A DNA stretch of 64,000 nt from Eledone cirrhosa (GCA_964016885.1 OZ024744.1:113088001-113152000), one strand, 5' to 3'; shown: positions 38,287-51,529, counted from the stretch's first letter. The notes: generated by a model not told the origin, from the sequence alone. Numbers and translations: made by a program.

Positions 38287-39803
38287 CATCATCATCATCA
38301 TCATCATCATCATCCATCATTTTACGTCCGCTTTTCCCTGCTTGCAAGGGTGGGACGGGTCTTATTCAGCACAGCATCTCTCCACTCGTCACGGTCCCTC
38401 GTCATCTCCACCGTGAGCTTCAATGATCTGAGGTCTGTTCTCACCACCTCCGCTCATGTTTTTCGAGGTCTACCTCTACCACATCTTCCTTCAACTGGCA
38501 TTTCCTGGCACTTCTTCACCCATCGGTCATCCTCCATGCGCATCACATGTCCATACCACCTCAGTCTCCTCTCCCGTACACTACATTCTATCCCTCTCAG
38601 ACACAGTTTCTCTCTCAACACATTTATGCTGGGTCGTTCACGCACATTTACACTGCACATCCAACGGAGCATGCTTGCCTCATTTCTCTCCAGCCGTCGC
38701 ATATCCTCTGCAGTTGCTGCCCATGTCTCGCTACCATGCAGCATCGCGCTCCTCACACAGGCATCATACAACCGGCCTTTCGTACGCAGGGAGAAACCCT
38801 TCTTCGTCAACAGAGGAAGCAGCTCCCTAAACTTCTTCCAACCCGTCCTTATTCTAGATACTATGGCCTCGGAACACCCTCCTCCCATGCTAATCTGATC
38901 TCCTAGGTACCGGAAGCTATCCACCACTTCTATAGCGCCCTCTCGCATTTGAAAAAGGTGTCTATCAGTGCGACTTCTACTGTCTAATTTCCCTGTACAT
39001 CTACTGCATACATATTTCTCCCTACCTGTTAGTTTGCCTGCTATCCCGCTACATCTCTTGTGTACCCAGGATCTGCATTGTGTGCATTTTATAGAATTTA
39101 TGCCAGTTCCTTTTCTGCATATCGAACATGGCCATTTCCCTGACGGAATCAGGGTTTTGTCCTCTTTTCTACTCATCAACACTTTTGTCTTAGCTAGATT
39201 CACTCTCAGTCCTCTTGCTTCCAACTGCTGTTTCCATAGCCAGAATTTATTCTCTAGCTCCTCTACTGATTCTGCTATAAGAACCAGATCGTCAGCATAG
39301 AGAAGTTCCCATGGACAGCCAGTCTTAAACTCCTCTGTTATGGCTTGGAGGACTATAATGAACAAGAGCGGGCTGAGGACCGAACCCTGATGTACTCCTA
39401 CTTTTATCTGGAATTCCTCACTAAACTCCATTCCTACCCTGACTTTACTGAGAGTACCTCTGTACAAAGTTTGCACTGTCCTCACAAGCCATTCCTCAAC
39501 ACCTAGCTTCCTTAGGGACCACCAGATGACAGATCGGGGTACCCTATCAAAGGCCTTCTCTAGGTCAACAAAGGCTAAGTATAGCGGCTTATTCTTCTCT
39601 AAGAACCTCTCTTGCATTTGTCTCACCAAGAAGAGGGCATCTGTTGTACTCTTCCCAAGCACAAAACCAAACTGCATCTCATCTAGTTTGACCCTTTCTC
39701 TAATTAGTTGTGCTAAAATCCTTTCTGCCACTTTCATAACCTGATCTAACAGTTTTATACCCCTATAATTGCTCCTCTCCAAAGCACCCCCTTTACCTTT
39801 GTA
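38287..39803 (-). mobile_element. 5'-truncated RTE LINE (subfamily B) in the last spastin intron
   Basis: Near-identical to 24755-26265. Premature TGA at 38454 and an (ATG)n tail. Confidence 0.95.
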
Positions 39804-39805
39804 TG

Positions 39806-40280
39806 AGATAAAAAATAACTGCAAAAAAATATACCCGGCATAAATCCAAGCTGCTCTTGTAGGATTAAAGAGAACTGCCCTCTCCAACAGAAATGTAATA
39901 TTAAATCCATTGTGTATGAGACAGAGATTACACACAACACCACAGAAAATTCTGAAGTTAGAGAAAGATATGTTGGTATGGTGCATCCTGATATGGTAAC
40001 ATCAGTACAACCCTGGTGAAAAAAGTCTGGCAATTAAAGTAGAAAGGAGTCCCACAGATCTCTTGGAAGATTCTTGAAAGATCCAGTCCTTACACCAGTG
40101 GTACCAAGAAATGTACCCTCTGTCTATGAAAAGTTTAGGATATTACAAGTTTTGTCATCTCTGAACAGTAATAATTTGAACTCGAAGAGCAAAAGTTTTA
40201 GGGAATGCCTCCATCTCAAAACCCAACTGCTTGCTAAATGGAAATACTCAACAAATTTGACTGATTTTCAACCACCTTAA
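39806..40280 (+). mobile_element. PLE GIY-YIG endonuclease remnant
   Basis: CSCRIKENCPLQQKCNIKSIVYETEI..RYVGM, then ISWKILERSSPY..KKCTLC, EKFRIL and CLH. Confidence 0.75.
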
Positions 40281-41123
40281 TCTGATTTATATACTTCCAT
40301 TATATCTTTTCTTTCTCTAGCCTTTTCCACACTGACATAATACAATACACCTTCTATACCACACTACTCAATACAATACCTTAATAAATATTAACACCTG
40401 TATATTAAATATCAGCACATAATACAATACTTCTGCAATGGTATACAAACAAACATGTGGTCAATCACAAATTTATATCTTGGAGTTATTTCCCTTTGGT
40501 ATATTGTTTTTATCGTAAACACATTTTTAGCAAACTTTACTTTTAATGATATCTTATAAACTCATATAAGCACTCGAAGAAAGGTCACTAATGTGATGCC
40601 TCTTGTATTCTGAAGGTATGGTCAAATTTAGGCATTGAAACTTTGGGTAGCCCCTTTGTTCTATGTATGGACATAAATGAATTATATATATATCTATATA
40701 TACCACTAAAACTTGTGCTTGTCTGTAATTTAATACAACCAAAATGGCGCATAAAGGGAAAATACTTTGAAAGGAAGTTACCTCTGAAATGGGAATACAA
40801 ATGGAATAAAACAAGTTTCGCGTAAATCGGAAAATTGTGAGAGACTAGATTGAAAGAGAGAGAGAAGGAGACAAAGAAGGAAAATGGAAGAGCTGCTGGT
40901 GTAGTTGAATGAAATTATAACAGGTGACTTCAAAAAATTGAATTCAGCATTAATGTATCTAGCTAAAATTTGTTGACTGAATATCAAGTCATATGTATCA
41001 TAACTTATGTTAGGACAGGATGTGTGTAGCGAATATTTCCTGCTAAATAGGAAGGGCTTTAAGTTTGTGTGGGTGTGTGTGTGACCAGTGTATATAGGTC
41101 ACAGACATTTACATATATACACA

Positions 41124-41310
41124 TCATCGTCATTTTACATCCGCTTTTCCCTGCTTGCAAGGGTGGGACAGGTCCTATGCAGCACAGCATCTCTCCAATT
41201 GTCAGTCCTTCATATTCTCCTCCGTGAGCTTCAGCTGTCTGAGGTCTGCTCTCACCACCTCTGCCCATGATTTTTGTGGCCTTCCTCTACTGCATCTTCC
41301 TTCTACTGGG
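41124..41310 (-). mobile_element. RTE subfamily-B-like 3' tail fragment
   Basis: Similar to 24775-24960. Confidence 0.8.
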
Positions 41311-41514
41311 CCTTCCAATTTCATTTTACTTCATATACATGTCTGTATATTTAATTTAAGAATTATTTGTAAGTGAACCCAATGGGTCACGTGTGGTCTA
41401 GTATATATATATACCCATGGTAGGTGGATATAAAATGATGATGATATGAAATAACTTGCTAAACACACCAGCTGAAACCGCTTGGTGCCGCAGTCGGGAT
41501 TTTACGAATCTCTC

Positions 41515-42530
41515 TCATCATCATCACCGTTTTACGTCCGTTCTTCCACGCTAGCATGGGTTAAACGGGTTGTCCTGTTGTGGGCAGTGTCTGGTCGGCT
41601 GACCATGCCTTGCTCATACAGGAACTGATTTGGCTTGATTTCTACAGCTGGATGACCTTCCTAACACCAACCTCATTTACAGTGAGTGCTGGGTGCTTTT
41701 TCGTGGTGCCTACACGTCTACTTTACAGTGTGGGCTGGGTGCTTTTTGCCGTGGCACCTCCATGACCACCTTCCAGTGGGGGGTGTGGGGGCAGATTGTC
41801 TATATGCTTCAGCTTGTACCCATGGGAGGTTGGGTACTCTGTATTACTGTGTGACGCCAGAGGTCACGGTCGTGTGTCATTGCCTTTGAGAGGTGTAATT
41901 GGGTAAGGTCGGCTTTTATCACCTCATCCCAGGTCATCTTGGGTCTCCCCACTCCGCGGTTTCCATCGACTTCTAGTGCTCTGCACCTTTTTATGCAGTT
42001 GTCATCCTTCATACGCATCACATGTCCATACCAGCGCAACCGCCTCTCCTGCACACAGCATTTGATTCCTCTTATGCTCAGTCGCTCTCAATTCATTTAT
42101 GCTTTGTCGTTTGCGTATATTACACATCAATCGGAGCATGCAGGCTTCGTTTCTCTCTAATCTACGTAAGTCTTCCACCTTCAGCGCCCAGGTCTCACTA
42201 CCATGCAACATCGCTGTTCGGATACACGCATCATACAGTCTGCCTTTCATTCTGAGAGAGAAGCCTTTTGCAGCTAGCAGTGGTAGTAGTTCCCTAAACT
42301 TCTTCCATCCCGTTCTTACCCTAGTTATTGTACTTTCTGAACACCAACCTCCGCTGCTAATTCGGTCACCTAGGTAGCAGAAGCTGTCTACTGTTTCTAC
42401 AGAGCCCTCCCAGAGATTGGTGGTACTTGTTTCCTGTGGCTGTTTGCCGCTTGCTGTCACAGCACAGCTGCTGCATGTGAAGCCTACATTCTTAATTAAG
42501 CTTCCTGAGATCCCGCTACATCTCTTGTGT
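41515..42530 (-). mobile_element. 5'-truncated RTE LINE (subfamily C) with a Nin-like 3' UTR and (ATG)n tail
   Basis: The coding part matches 9105-9670. The stop at 41809 is followed by about 290 nt of UTR containing GGTTGGTGTTAGGAAGGTCATCCAGCTGTAG. Confidence 0.9.
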
Positions 42531-42676
42531 TTTATATATATAAATGTAATCACTTACAACCATGGCATATGCAGATACTATTTCCTAGCGTCGAAGACGC
42601 TACTTTTTTCCTAAAATAAGTCTCAAAAACCTACCGTGGGTCCAAGGGGCCGAAGGTTGTTTATTTTTTTTTTCAA

Positions 42677-42853
42677 GGGCGGTGGATTGGCAGTATCGGT
42701 AGAGGGTTGAACGCCATGCTTTGACGCATAGAGTCATTCTGAGTTCAAATCCCGCCGAGGTTAACTTTGCCTTTCATCCTTATGGGGTCGATAAAATAAA
42801 GTACCAGTAATATACTGGGTAATTGTTGGCCTTGTGCCAAAAAGTAGAAACAA
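42677..42853 (+). mobile_element. tRNA-derived SINE, full length
   Basis: A-box TGGCAGTATCGG, B-box GAGTTCAAATCC, core GCCTTTCATCCTTATGGGGTCGATAAAATAAAGTACCAG (Meta-domain-like) and a 16-bp TSD. Confidence 0.9.
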
Positions 42854-43283
42854 TTATTTTTTTTTTCAAATTTTTGGTTTTTAAAATTAGAGTGCATCCT
42901 TGAGGACAAAGCCAGGAAATACAGTAAGCTTCATTCAGTCTGTCATATTGTGAAAGTACTTTCAGGGAGATTCTTGATTATATAGAGTTCTAAAACTAAT
43001 GGTAGAGAACTCTAAAAAAATCTCAATAAACTTTATATATGTAAGGGAGATAATTCTTGTGTGCAGAAAGATATGTGGCATGTAATAAGGGTTAATTCGA
43101 AAATTTTCATCTGGTCTAGACCATCTCTTTAGAAAATTTGTGAGGACATCAATTGAAATGATCCAATCACATATTTAGGCAGCTTTTTTTAGAAGACACT
43201 TATGAAACTTTATTTCACTTTTCTGAGTTACAAAAAAAAAAAATAAAGAGATTTCGTTCCATTAATGTATAGTGTGGATTATA

Positions 43284-43467
43284 GGGCGGTGGATTGGCAG
43301 TATCGGTAGAGGGTCGGACGCCATGCTTTCCAGCATAGTTACGTCCCTTTACCATCTGAGTTCAAATCCCGCCGAGGTTGACTTTGCCTTTCATCCTTAC
43401 GGGGTCGATAAAATAAAGTACCAGTAATGCACTGGTAATTGCTGGCCTTGTGCCTAAAGTAGAAACA
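43284..43467 (+). mobile_element. tRNA-derived SINE, full length
   Basis: Same family. 20-bp TSD ATTAATGTATAGTGTGGATT at 43261-43280 and 43468-43487. Confidence 0.92.
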
Positions 43468-43792
43468 ATTAATGTATAGTGTGGATTTTCCCAGTATCTT
43501 CCATTTTATGTGCCATTTTGTTTGAGATTCCATACGATATTTGCAAACTGAGTGGTATGCTTCCTGTCAGGATGTTTGAATTTTGTTTCATGGTTCAGGA
43601 AATGCCTTTTAAAACGGTTGTCTAGGCTTATAGCTACATATACTGTAGTTTACCTTTACAGATAATGTACCTACTATCCCACTACACATCTTGTATATCC
43701 TAGATTATTTCTTATTATATAACAAAGTAAATAATTCTAAAGTTATAAATCCACTCAAGACTACAGATAGATTTTATTTTGTTTCTACATAC

Positions 43793-43833
43793 CTTACTGG
43801 CATCTAAACATTTCACTTCTGACGGGGAGAGTT
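43793..43833 (-). CDS. SPAST: Spastin exon (41 nt)
   Basis: ttttag|(E)LSPSEVKCLDASK|gtatgt. Phases fit both neighbouring exons. Confidence 0.88.
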
Positions 43834-44489
43834 CTAAAATAAGAAAAAAGAAAGTAAATAAATAAATAAATAAATAAGTTATTGAATTTGTTTGACAAGA
43901 AAGAAATGCATCTGAAAACAAAATTCAATGAAATAATACACATACTTCTTCCTGCAACAAGTTTCTCTATGTATGGACATGTAAGGAGGTGGGATCCCAT
44001 GTAATTGGCATTGAATTACCATCTGGTGAAATAGTGAGTGACCCAAGTAATGACTGGTACAAATATCTAGGAATCTCAAATATATCTGATAAAGAGATTG
44101 GATTCTTGTTATAAACACATGAGCTGTATCTATAATACTGGTCTCAACACAGCTGATTTCTTCTGCAGAGAGAGAAGAATCAACACCAGTACTCAACTAC
44201 TACTTTATTTAATGACCTTGAAAGTTTAAAAGACAAAACTGACTTCAATAGGATTTGAACTCAGAACATAGAGAAGCAAAATGAATACTCGAAAGTGTTC
44301 TATCTGATGTTTTAACAACTTCACCTGATGTTTTAACACTGCTTTGAAGCAGTTTAACTCGAGGTTTAATGTATGAAGCCATCATTTCATCATTTACATA
44401 TAAGATGATACAGCATTTTTTAAAAGAAGTAGTTACTGTTGTTGTCATCTCTAATCCAGTTGATCATAATGAAGGGAATTCCAGTTGTA

Positions 44490-44797
44490 ACTATCATATA
44501 TCTTGGTTGACAGTTCTCCATATCACTGTTGTTGAAGAACTGTCAACCAAGATATGATAGTTACATTGGTTGACAGTTCTCCATATCACTGTTGTTGTCA
44601 ATGTAACTATCATATCTTGGTTGACAGTTCTCCATATCACTGTTGTTGTCAATGTAACTATCATATCTTGGTTGACAGTTCTCCATATCACTGTTGTTGA
44701 AGAACTGTCAACCAAGATATGATAGTTACATTGGTTGACAGTTCTCCATATCACTGTTGTTGTCAATGTAACTATCATATCTTGGTTGACAGTTCTC
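44490..44797. repeat. 51-bp tandem repeat with interspersed inverted segments
   Basis: The unit contains ATCATATCTTGGTTGACAGTTCT. Reverse-complement pieces lie near 44536 and 44701. Confidence 0.85.
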
Positions 44798-45382
44798 AAT
44801 ATCGATGTGGGTGTCACTGTAGATGTCAATAAGACTACATGGAGTGGATGTAGACTGTAAGCCGCAGTGAAAGCAACCTATCTAGGAGAGCAGTTACTGA
44901 TTGTACAGGGTGGTGAAGACTTTTTAGTCTGATCAGATAACTCTCTAGTGTCAGTGGCACTAATAATGGTTTCTATTTTAAGAATAAGGCCAGTAGTTTG
45001 ATTGGAAGAGAAGTCAATTACATCGACCCTAGTATTTCACTGGTACTTTATTTTATCTCGGCAGGATGAAAGGTACAGTTGATACTGGCAGGATTTGATC
45101 TCAGAATATAAACAGCCATAACTAAATGCTGCTTACCATTTTGTTCAAAATTCTAATGTTTCTGACAATCCAGACTTGATGGTGGCACAATTAATGCAAC
45201 CAGTATACTCTGCAAAGTGGTTGGTGTTACGAAGGGCACTCAGCCATAGAAGCCATGCTCCCAGTACACTCTGCAAAGTAGTTGGTGATGGGAAGGGCAT
45301 CCAGTCAGAAAAGCTTTACCAAAAACCATTAGTGTATTGCATGAAAGAGATGCGAAATGATGATGATTTAATAAAAGTTCAC

Positions 45383-45453
45383 CTCTGATTGGTCCTAAAG
45401 CAGCATCACGAGCCAAAGCAGTCAGGTCACTTCCAGAGTAACCATCGGTTAAC
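45383..45453 (-). CDS. SPAST: Spastin exon (71 nt)
   Basis: ttctttcag|(R)[23 protein letters not shown](E)|gtgaac. Confidence 0.95.
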
Positions 45454-45836
45454 CTGAAAGAAGAAATATTTTCTTTAGTGATAAAAAATAAAATGTTTTA
45501 TTGACACCACAGATATACTAAAACAGAGTTGAGCATGACTTTTGTAGTGTGTACCATGCTTTAAATAAAGGTTTTAGGTAACAATAGAGACACCACACCA
45601 CCCCTCGATCTTCTCATCCTTGATCTAGAAAAACATCCAGGACAGCTAAAGGAAGAGAACTACACCAACGTTAGATTGGTACCTTATTGACCCTGAAAGT
45701 ATGAATGGCCAAGTGGACCTCACAACGATTTGAACTCAGTGAACAAGAATGATACTTACCAACACATTCTGTCCTACATTGTACCAACACTGTCTAATAA
45801 CCACTGTTTGGGTTTAGTCTCTGATCACCTTCATTA

Positions 45837-47227
45837 CTGAGGACTAGAGACCATGGACAATAGCACCAATGGTCATCTATATGATGTTATATGTCTGAGG
45901 ACTAGAGACCATGGACAATAGCACCAATGGTCATCTATATGATGTTATATGTCTGAGGACTAGAGACCATGGACAATAGCACCAATGGTCATCTATATGA
46001 TGTTGTATGTCTGAGGACTAGAGACCATGGACAATAGCACCAATGGTCATCTCTATGATGTTGTATGTCTGAGGACTAGAGACCATGGACAATAGCACCA
46101 ATGGTCATCTATATGATGTTGTATGTCTGAGGACTAGAGACCATGGACAATAGCACCAATGGTCATCTCTATGATGTTGTATGTCTGAGGACTAGAGACC
46201 ATGGACAATAGCACCAATGGTCATCTCTATGATGTTGTATGTCTAAGGACTAGAGACCATGGACAATAGCACCAATGGTCATCTATATGATGTTGTATGT
46301 CTGAGGACTAGAGACCATGGACAATAGCACCAATGGTCATCTATATGATGTTGTATGTCTGAGGACTAGAGACCACGGACAATAGCACCAATGGTCATCT
46401 ATATGATGTTATATGTCTGAGGACTAGAGACCATGGACAATAGCACCAATGGTCATCTCTATGATGTTGTATGTCTGAGGACTAGAGACCATGGACAATA
46501 GCACCAATGGTCATCTATATGATGTTATATGTCTGAGGACTAGAGACCATGGACAATAGCACCAATGGTCATCTCTATGATGTTGTATGTCTGAGGACTA
46601 GAGACCATGGACAATAGCACCAATGGTCATCTCTATGATGTTATATGTCTGAGGACTAGAGACCATGGACAATAGCACCAATGGTCATCTATATGATGTT
46701 ATATGTCTGAGGACTAGAGACCACGGACAATAGCACCAATGGTCATCTATATGATGTTATATGTCTGAGGACTAGAGACCATGGACAATAGCACCAATGG
46801 TCATCTATATGATGTTATATGTCTGAGGACTAGAGACCATGGACAATAGCACCAATGGTCATCTCTATGATGTATGTCTGAGGACTAGAGACCATGGACA
46901 ATAGCACCAATGGTCATCTCTATGATGTTGTATGTCTGAGGACTAGAGACCATGGACAATAGCACCAATGGTCATCTATATGATGTTATATGTCTGAGGA
47001 CTAGAGACCATGGACAATAGCACCAATGGTTATCTATGTGATGTTGTATGTCTGAGGACTAGAGATCATGGACAATAGCACCAATGGTCATCTATATGAT
47101 GTTGTATGTCTGAGGACTAGAGACCATGGACAATAGCACCAATGGTCATCTATATGATGTTATATGTCTGAGGACTAGAGACCATGGACAATAGCACCAA
47201 TGGTCATCTATATGATGTTGTATGTCT
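45837..47227. repeat. 58-bp tandem satellite, about 24 copies, intronic
   Basis: Unit CTGAGGACTAGAGACCATGGACAATAGCACCAATGGTCATCTATATGATGTTATATGT. Confidence 0.96.
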
Positions 47228-47790
47228 AACTTACCATCTTCATTACTGAAAGTCAGGGATCGTAGATAATTGCACTCTCTGTGTTCAAATCCCTCTGAAA
47301 ACAACTTTATCTTTCAACCTTTCATGGTTGATAAAATTCAATACCAGTCTAATACTGGGGTTGATTTTTTTCATCCTTTCACATTTCACTCTGTCCTTCT
47401 CTAGAAGTTGCCTGTATTCTGACCTGGAAGGGGGATGATCTCCACCAGGTTTGAAATGCCCAACACACGCTTTATGTAACTATGGTGCACCTACATGTCA
47501 ATACATGATCTGTAAAGTGGTAGAGCCGATACCACGATAGTATAAACTTATTTAGTTAGCAGCATAGAGAGAGTTCTGGTAACAACATGTTTACTGGTGA
47601 GAAACAGTGGTCTTGAGGATAGGGAGTGATGGTTAGCAATATAGAAAGGGTTGTGGAAGGATAAGTGTTGTGTATCCCTCATATGGGGAGAGAAGTGGAC
47701 TGATAAGTGAAGGCTTAGTACATACAGGTATAAAAACAAGATAGAATAAAAACAATAATGTAAATTTAAAACAAAAAAATGATTCCTTAC

Positions 47791-47913
47791 CTAGCAAGAC
47801 CCTCCATTTCTAAATTTGTCAGAGGATTGCCATGCTTAGCTAACAAATGTACAAGCATTTGTCTTCGAGTTATATTTTCGGGCATTGTAACATAAACACG
47901 TTTAGCAAAACGA
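47791..47913 (-). CDS. SPAST: Spastin exon (123 nt)
   Basis: tttcatttcag|(R)RFAKRVYVTMPENITRRQMLVHLLAKHGNPLTNLEMEGLA(R)|gtaagg. Confidence 0.93.
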
Positions 47914-48112
47914 CTGAAATGAAACAAAGACATAACAATCAATAAATTTAGTTCTTTAAAAAATATACGATATTCACGATACATATTATATACATCTCCA
48001 GGGATTTATATGTCTGATAGAATATTTATCATTGTAAAAAACAAGAAAACTTGCATTTTAGCCATTAACTTTAAGTTTTCTTCTTCTTTGCCCACTTATT
48101 CTTGAGAGGATG

Positions 48113-48144
<32 letters not shown>

Positions 48145-48147
48145 AGT

Positions 48148-48620
48148 CCTCAAATACTCCTGCCAGCGGGTCCTGTTAGAAGCAACCATCTCCAACTGAT
48201 CTGGCTGGATCCTAAAGTGAGACTAGCCAAAGCTCATGGATAAGGCTGCTGGGGAGGATGAAATCCAGCCCAAGATGTTAAAAGCCTTAAATAGAGGCAT
48301 TCTCTGGCTGACTCCTGTGTGCTGGGTGGCTGGAGCTCAGGAAAGGCACCTAAGTCATATCTCAATTTTCCAAAAAGGAGACACAAGAGAGAGTGTTGAT
48401 TGTTCCAATTACTGAGGGATCTCCTTGTTAAGCCTCCCTAGTAAAGTCTATGCTAAGTGTCTGGCAAAGAGATGCAGGGAAATTGTTGTGTCCATGGTAG
48501 CTGATGAACAGTGCAGTTTTCACTCAGATGCAGCACAGCCGACCAAATATTCACACTGCAGCAGGTCTTTGAGAAATCATGGGAGTATTGCCAAGAAGTA
48601 TATTCTTGTTTTGTCTAAGT
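48148..48620. mobile_element. Degraded Rex3/Expander-like RTE fragments in opposite orientations
   Basis: Plus strand 48240-48620 reads KAAGEDEIQPKMLKAL and NY*GISLLSLPSKVYAKCL. 48148-48238 resembles the minus-strand 3' end at 59495-59560. Confidence 0.65.
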
Positions 48621-48935
48621 TATCTTAATTTTCAAAATTCATGACTCGTTTAATGCTTCTAAATGTTTTAAGTTTGAAACAAATTTGGAAAATGGAGAGA
48701 TTTACAGTTAAAACTGTTGTTTCATTAATCATCTTCATTATAACCATCATCATCATCATTACCACCATCACCACTACCATCACCAACATCACCAACACCA
48801 CTACCTAATGCCTATTTTCCATGCTTGACCAGTCGAGGGGGTTATTACAGCCTAATGATGGCTGGATACTTCATTTAATCAACTGGTCATATCACTGAAA
48901 ATACACCTGCAACCAGCCCAACACCAACTAATCTA

Positions 48936-49335
48936 ATGCAAACAAACCTAATATCTAACAATTCTCTAGCCATAATATTATCCTTGATTAGTCACATTAC
49001 CAACAAAATAGACACCAATACAACCAGTGATACCATTAATGATAGTAACAAAAATAATAGTAATAACATAAATAGTAATCTAAGATTACATAACACATCC
49101 CAAACAAACAGATGCAACTGTAGAATTAAAGCTAACTGCCCCTTTAATGGCAATTGCTTAATTAACAATATAGTATATAAGTGTAAAGTAATTACTAAGG
49201 ACACTACACAATCCTACATAGGTGCTACCTCTAATTCATTTAAGAAAAGGTTCTATTCTCATACCCATTCTTTTAAAAATACTAAATAAAAAGCATGAAT
49301 TATTTCATGTAATCATAAAATCCTGAAAATTTTAA
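48936..49335 (+). mobile_element. PLE GIY-YIG endonuclease remnant
   Basis: CNCRIKANCPFNGNCLINNIVYKCKV..SYIGATSNSFKKRFYSHTHSF. Confidence 0.82.
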
Positions 49336-50191
49336 AATACTATAAACCCACCTAATACTTAAAATAACTATAGTCGTAACTAGTTTCTTCAACTAAGTGA
49401 GACAACTAGAAATAATGTATTCTTAGCCAAATAATCTACCTATAGAATAAATGAATGTTGGTAATTAATTAAATTAACATTAATCTCATCCGTCAAAAGC
49501 GGATATGGCATTTTCTATAATACTATAGACTCCTAAACTAATCAAAATAAGTTACCATCTAACTTACCAAAAGTGACTTAATGAAAATCATATTCTGTTT
49601 AAACTCTAATAAATATTCAAAAGCAATATTCAAATTTAAATACAACTTAAATGACCATGTATAAATATCACCTAACCTGAGATAATTTTAGCCTTGAAAA
49701 TTTTATATCACTCAATTTTTTCCCATATTGGAATTACAATTCACCTGTTATTTCTATATGACTTACAAATCAACCCAAACAACCTATATAATTAGTACAA
49801 ACTTCTCCCTCTATCCAAACTTTATTACCAATCCTAAATCAGTATTGGATTTGAAAAATAATTTTTTCTTACCATATATGTATTTATGTAAACATATATA
49901 ACCTTGATTAAGAAACAAGGCATGCCTGCAATATTAAATATTATTAATTTTTTAAACATTATTTATCTTGGAGACGCAGGACATGGCAGCGATAATGAGG
50001 GACAGAAACCACTAGAGAGAACTCGTCCATGGATCTCGGGAATTTTACCCGCCCTAGATAGATATAGATCATCATCATTTCCAAGCATGGAAGAATTTAC
50101 GCAAAACGGAAATGACGGAAATGATGTTGATGATATATATAAGATACAAAGCTTTTTCAGCTTTTGTTTACAAACAGTGGAGAATTTTAAA

Positions 50192-50966
50192 ATTAGATAG
50201 TGAAAATAGTGCCTCCGTTGTATTTTTGAATAAGTAAATTAGCTTAATAATTGGAGTTATAAAAAAAACCCCAGATTGGAAAAATGAATGAGTATTGAGG
50301 TACATAGGGCACAAACCCACATCTCTGGCTACTATGACCACTGTGTTACCATTACACCAATATGTCACCCTAGAAAATGATGACTATTGAGGTACATGGG
50401 GCACAAACCCACATCTCTAGCTACTATGGCCACTGTGTTACCATTACACCAATACGTCACCCTAGAAAATGATGAGTATTGAGGTACATGGGGCACAAAC
50501 CCACATCTCTGGCTACTATGGCCACTGTGTTACCATTACACCAATACGTCACCCTAGAAAATGATGAGTATTGAGGTACATGGGGCACAAATCCACATCT
50601 CTGGCTACTATGGCCACTGTGTTACCATTACACCAATACGTCACCCTAGAAAATGATGAGTATTGAGGTACATGGGCACAAACCCACATCTCTGGCTACT
50701 ATGGCCACTGTGTTACCATTACACCAATACGTCACCCTAGAAAATGATGAGTATTGAGGTACATGGGGCACAAACCCATTACACCAATACGTCACTCACA
50801 CAAATATCCAATCAATTTGAAGCTATATAATCATAGCGTATGAATACATATATATAAGATACAATACTCATTCATTTTTACATTTCTGAGGGATTTTATA
50901 ACTCCAATTATTAGGCTAATTTACTTAGTCAAAAATAGAATGGAGGCACTATTTGCACTATCTAAT
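50192..50966. mobile_element. Fold-back element: about 105-bp terminal inverted repeats enclosing a 92-bp tandem array (about 5.5 copies)
   Basis: 50192-50296 is the reverse complement of 50862-50966. GAGGTACAT recurs at 50297, 50389, 50481 and onward. Confidence 0.8.
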
Positions 50967-50975
50967 ATATATATA

Positions 50976-51286
50976 TCCTTTTTATTTCAGCCGCGGATGG
51001 CTAACATAGCCCCTAAAGCTATGTTGGTACCACAACATCCAGTCCTAAATAAATGAGGTAGTGTAGGTGTCACGACAAAAAAAACACACAGTCCACGCTG
51101 TAATGTGGCCGTGTAGGTAACATGGTAAAAACCTCCCAGTCCACACTGTAAACGTGGTTGGTGTTAGGAAGGGCCATAGAAAACCCACCAGACAGTGCAA
51201 GACAACCAATCTTGCCTCAAGTGGAACAATTCCCGTCCAGACCCATGCTAACGTGGAAGATGGACGTTAAACGATGATGATGATGA
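50976..51286 (+). mobile_element. Bipartite, internally deleted RTE-A derivative
   Basis: CCGCGGATGGCTAACATAGCCCC (the RTE-A start region) is fused to the RTE-A 3' UTR/Nin module and an (ATG)n tail. Confidence 0.75.
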
Positions 51287-51529
51287 TATATATATATATA
51301 TATATATATAGTATTAATAATAAATTTGAAGACTTTGCCAGGGAACATTTCCACGAACCAAAGTATCGTCTTCCTGTCTTGCTCCGGTTGCAACGTTTTT
51401 TTAAATATTTACTTCTGCGTTCACAGATTGACTTTTTTAGTTTCAGAAGATCCCGTTAAGGGTGAGAGCAGCGATTCTTTGCTTAAACTTTAATCTGTTA
51501 TTTTAATAAATATATATATATATATATCA

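Noticed and set aside
39804-39986. Hydrophobic N-terminal extension of the 510-aa RT ORF
   Set aside because: It is the antisense of an adjacent PLE endonuclease fragment. RTE homology ends at 39803.
40605-40650. Further hammerhead-like motifs (also near 18283, 35676-35702 and 51441-51475)
   Set aside because: Core nucleotides or stems are broken, so they are too degenerate to call.
41373-41402. Helitron-like 3' end (hairpin plus CTAGT); similar at 26468-26503
   Set aside because: The motif is short and I could not identify a 5' end or a second copy.
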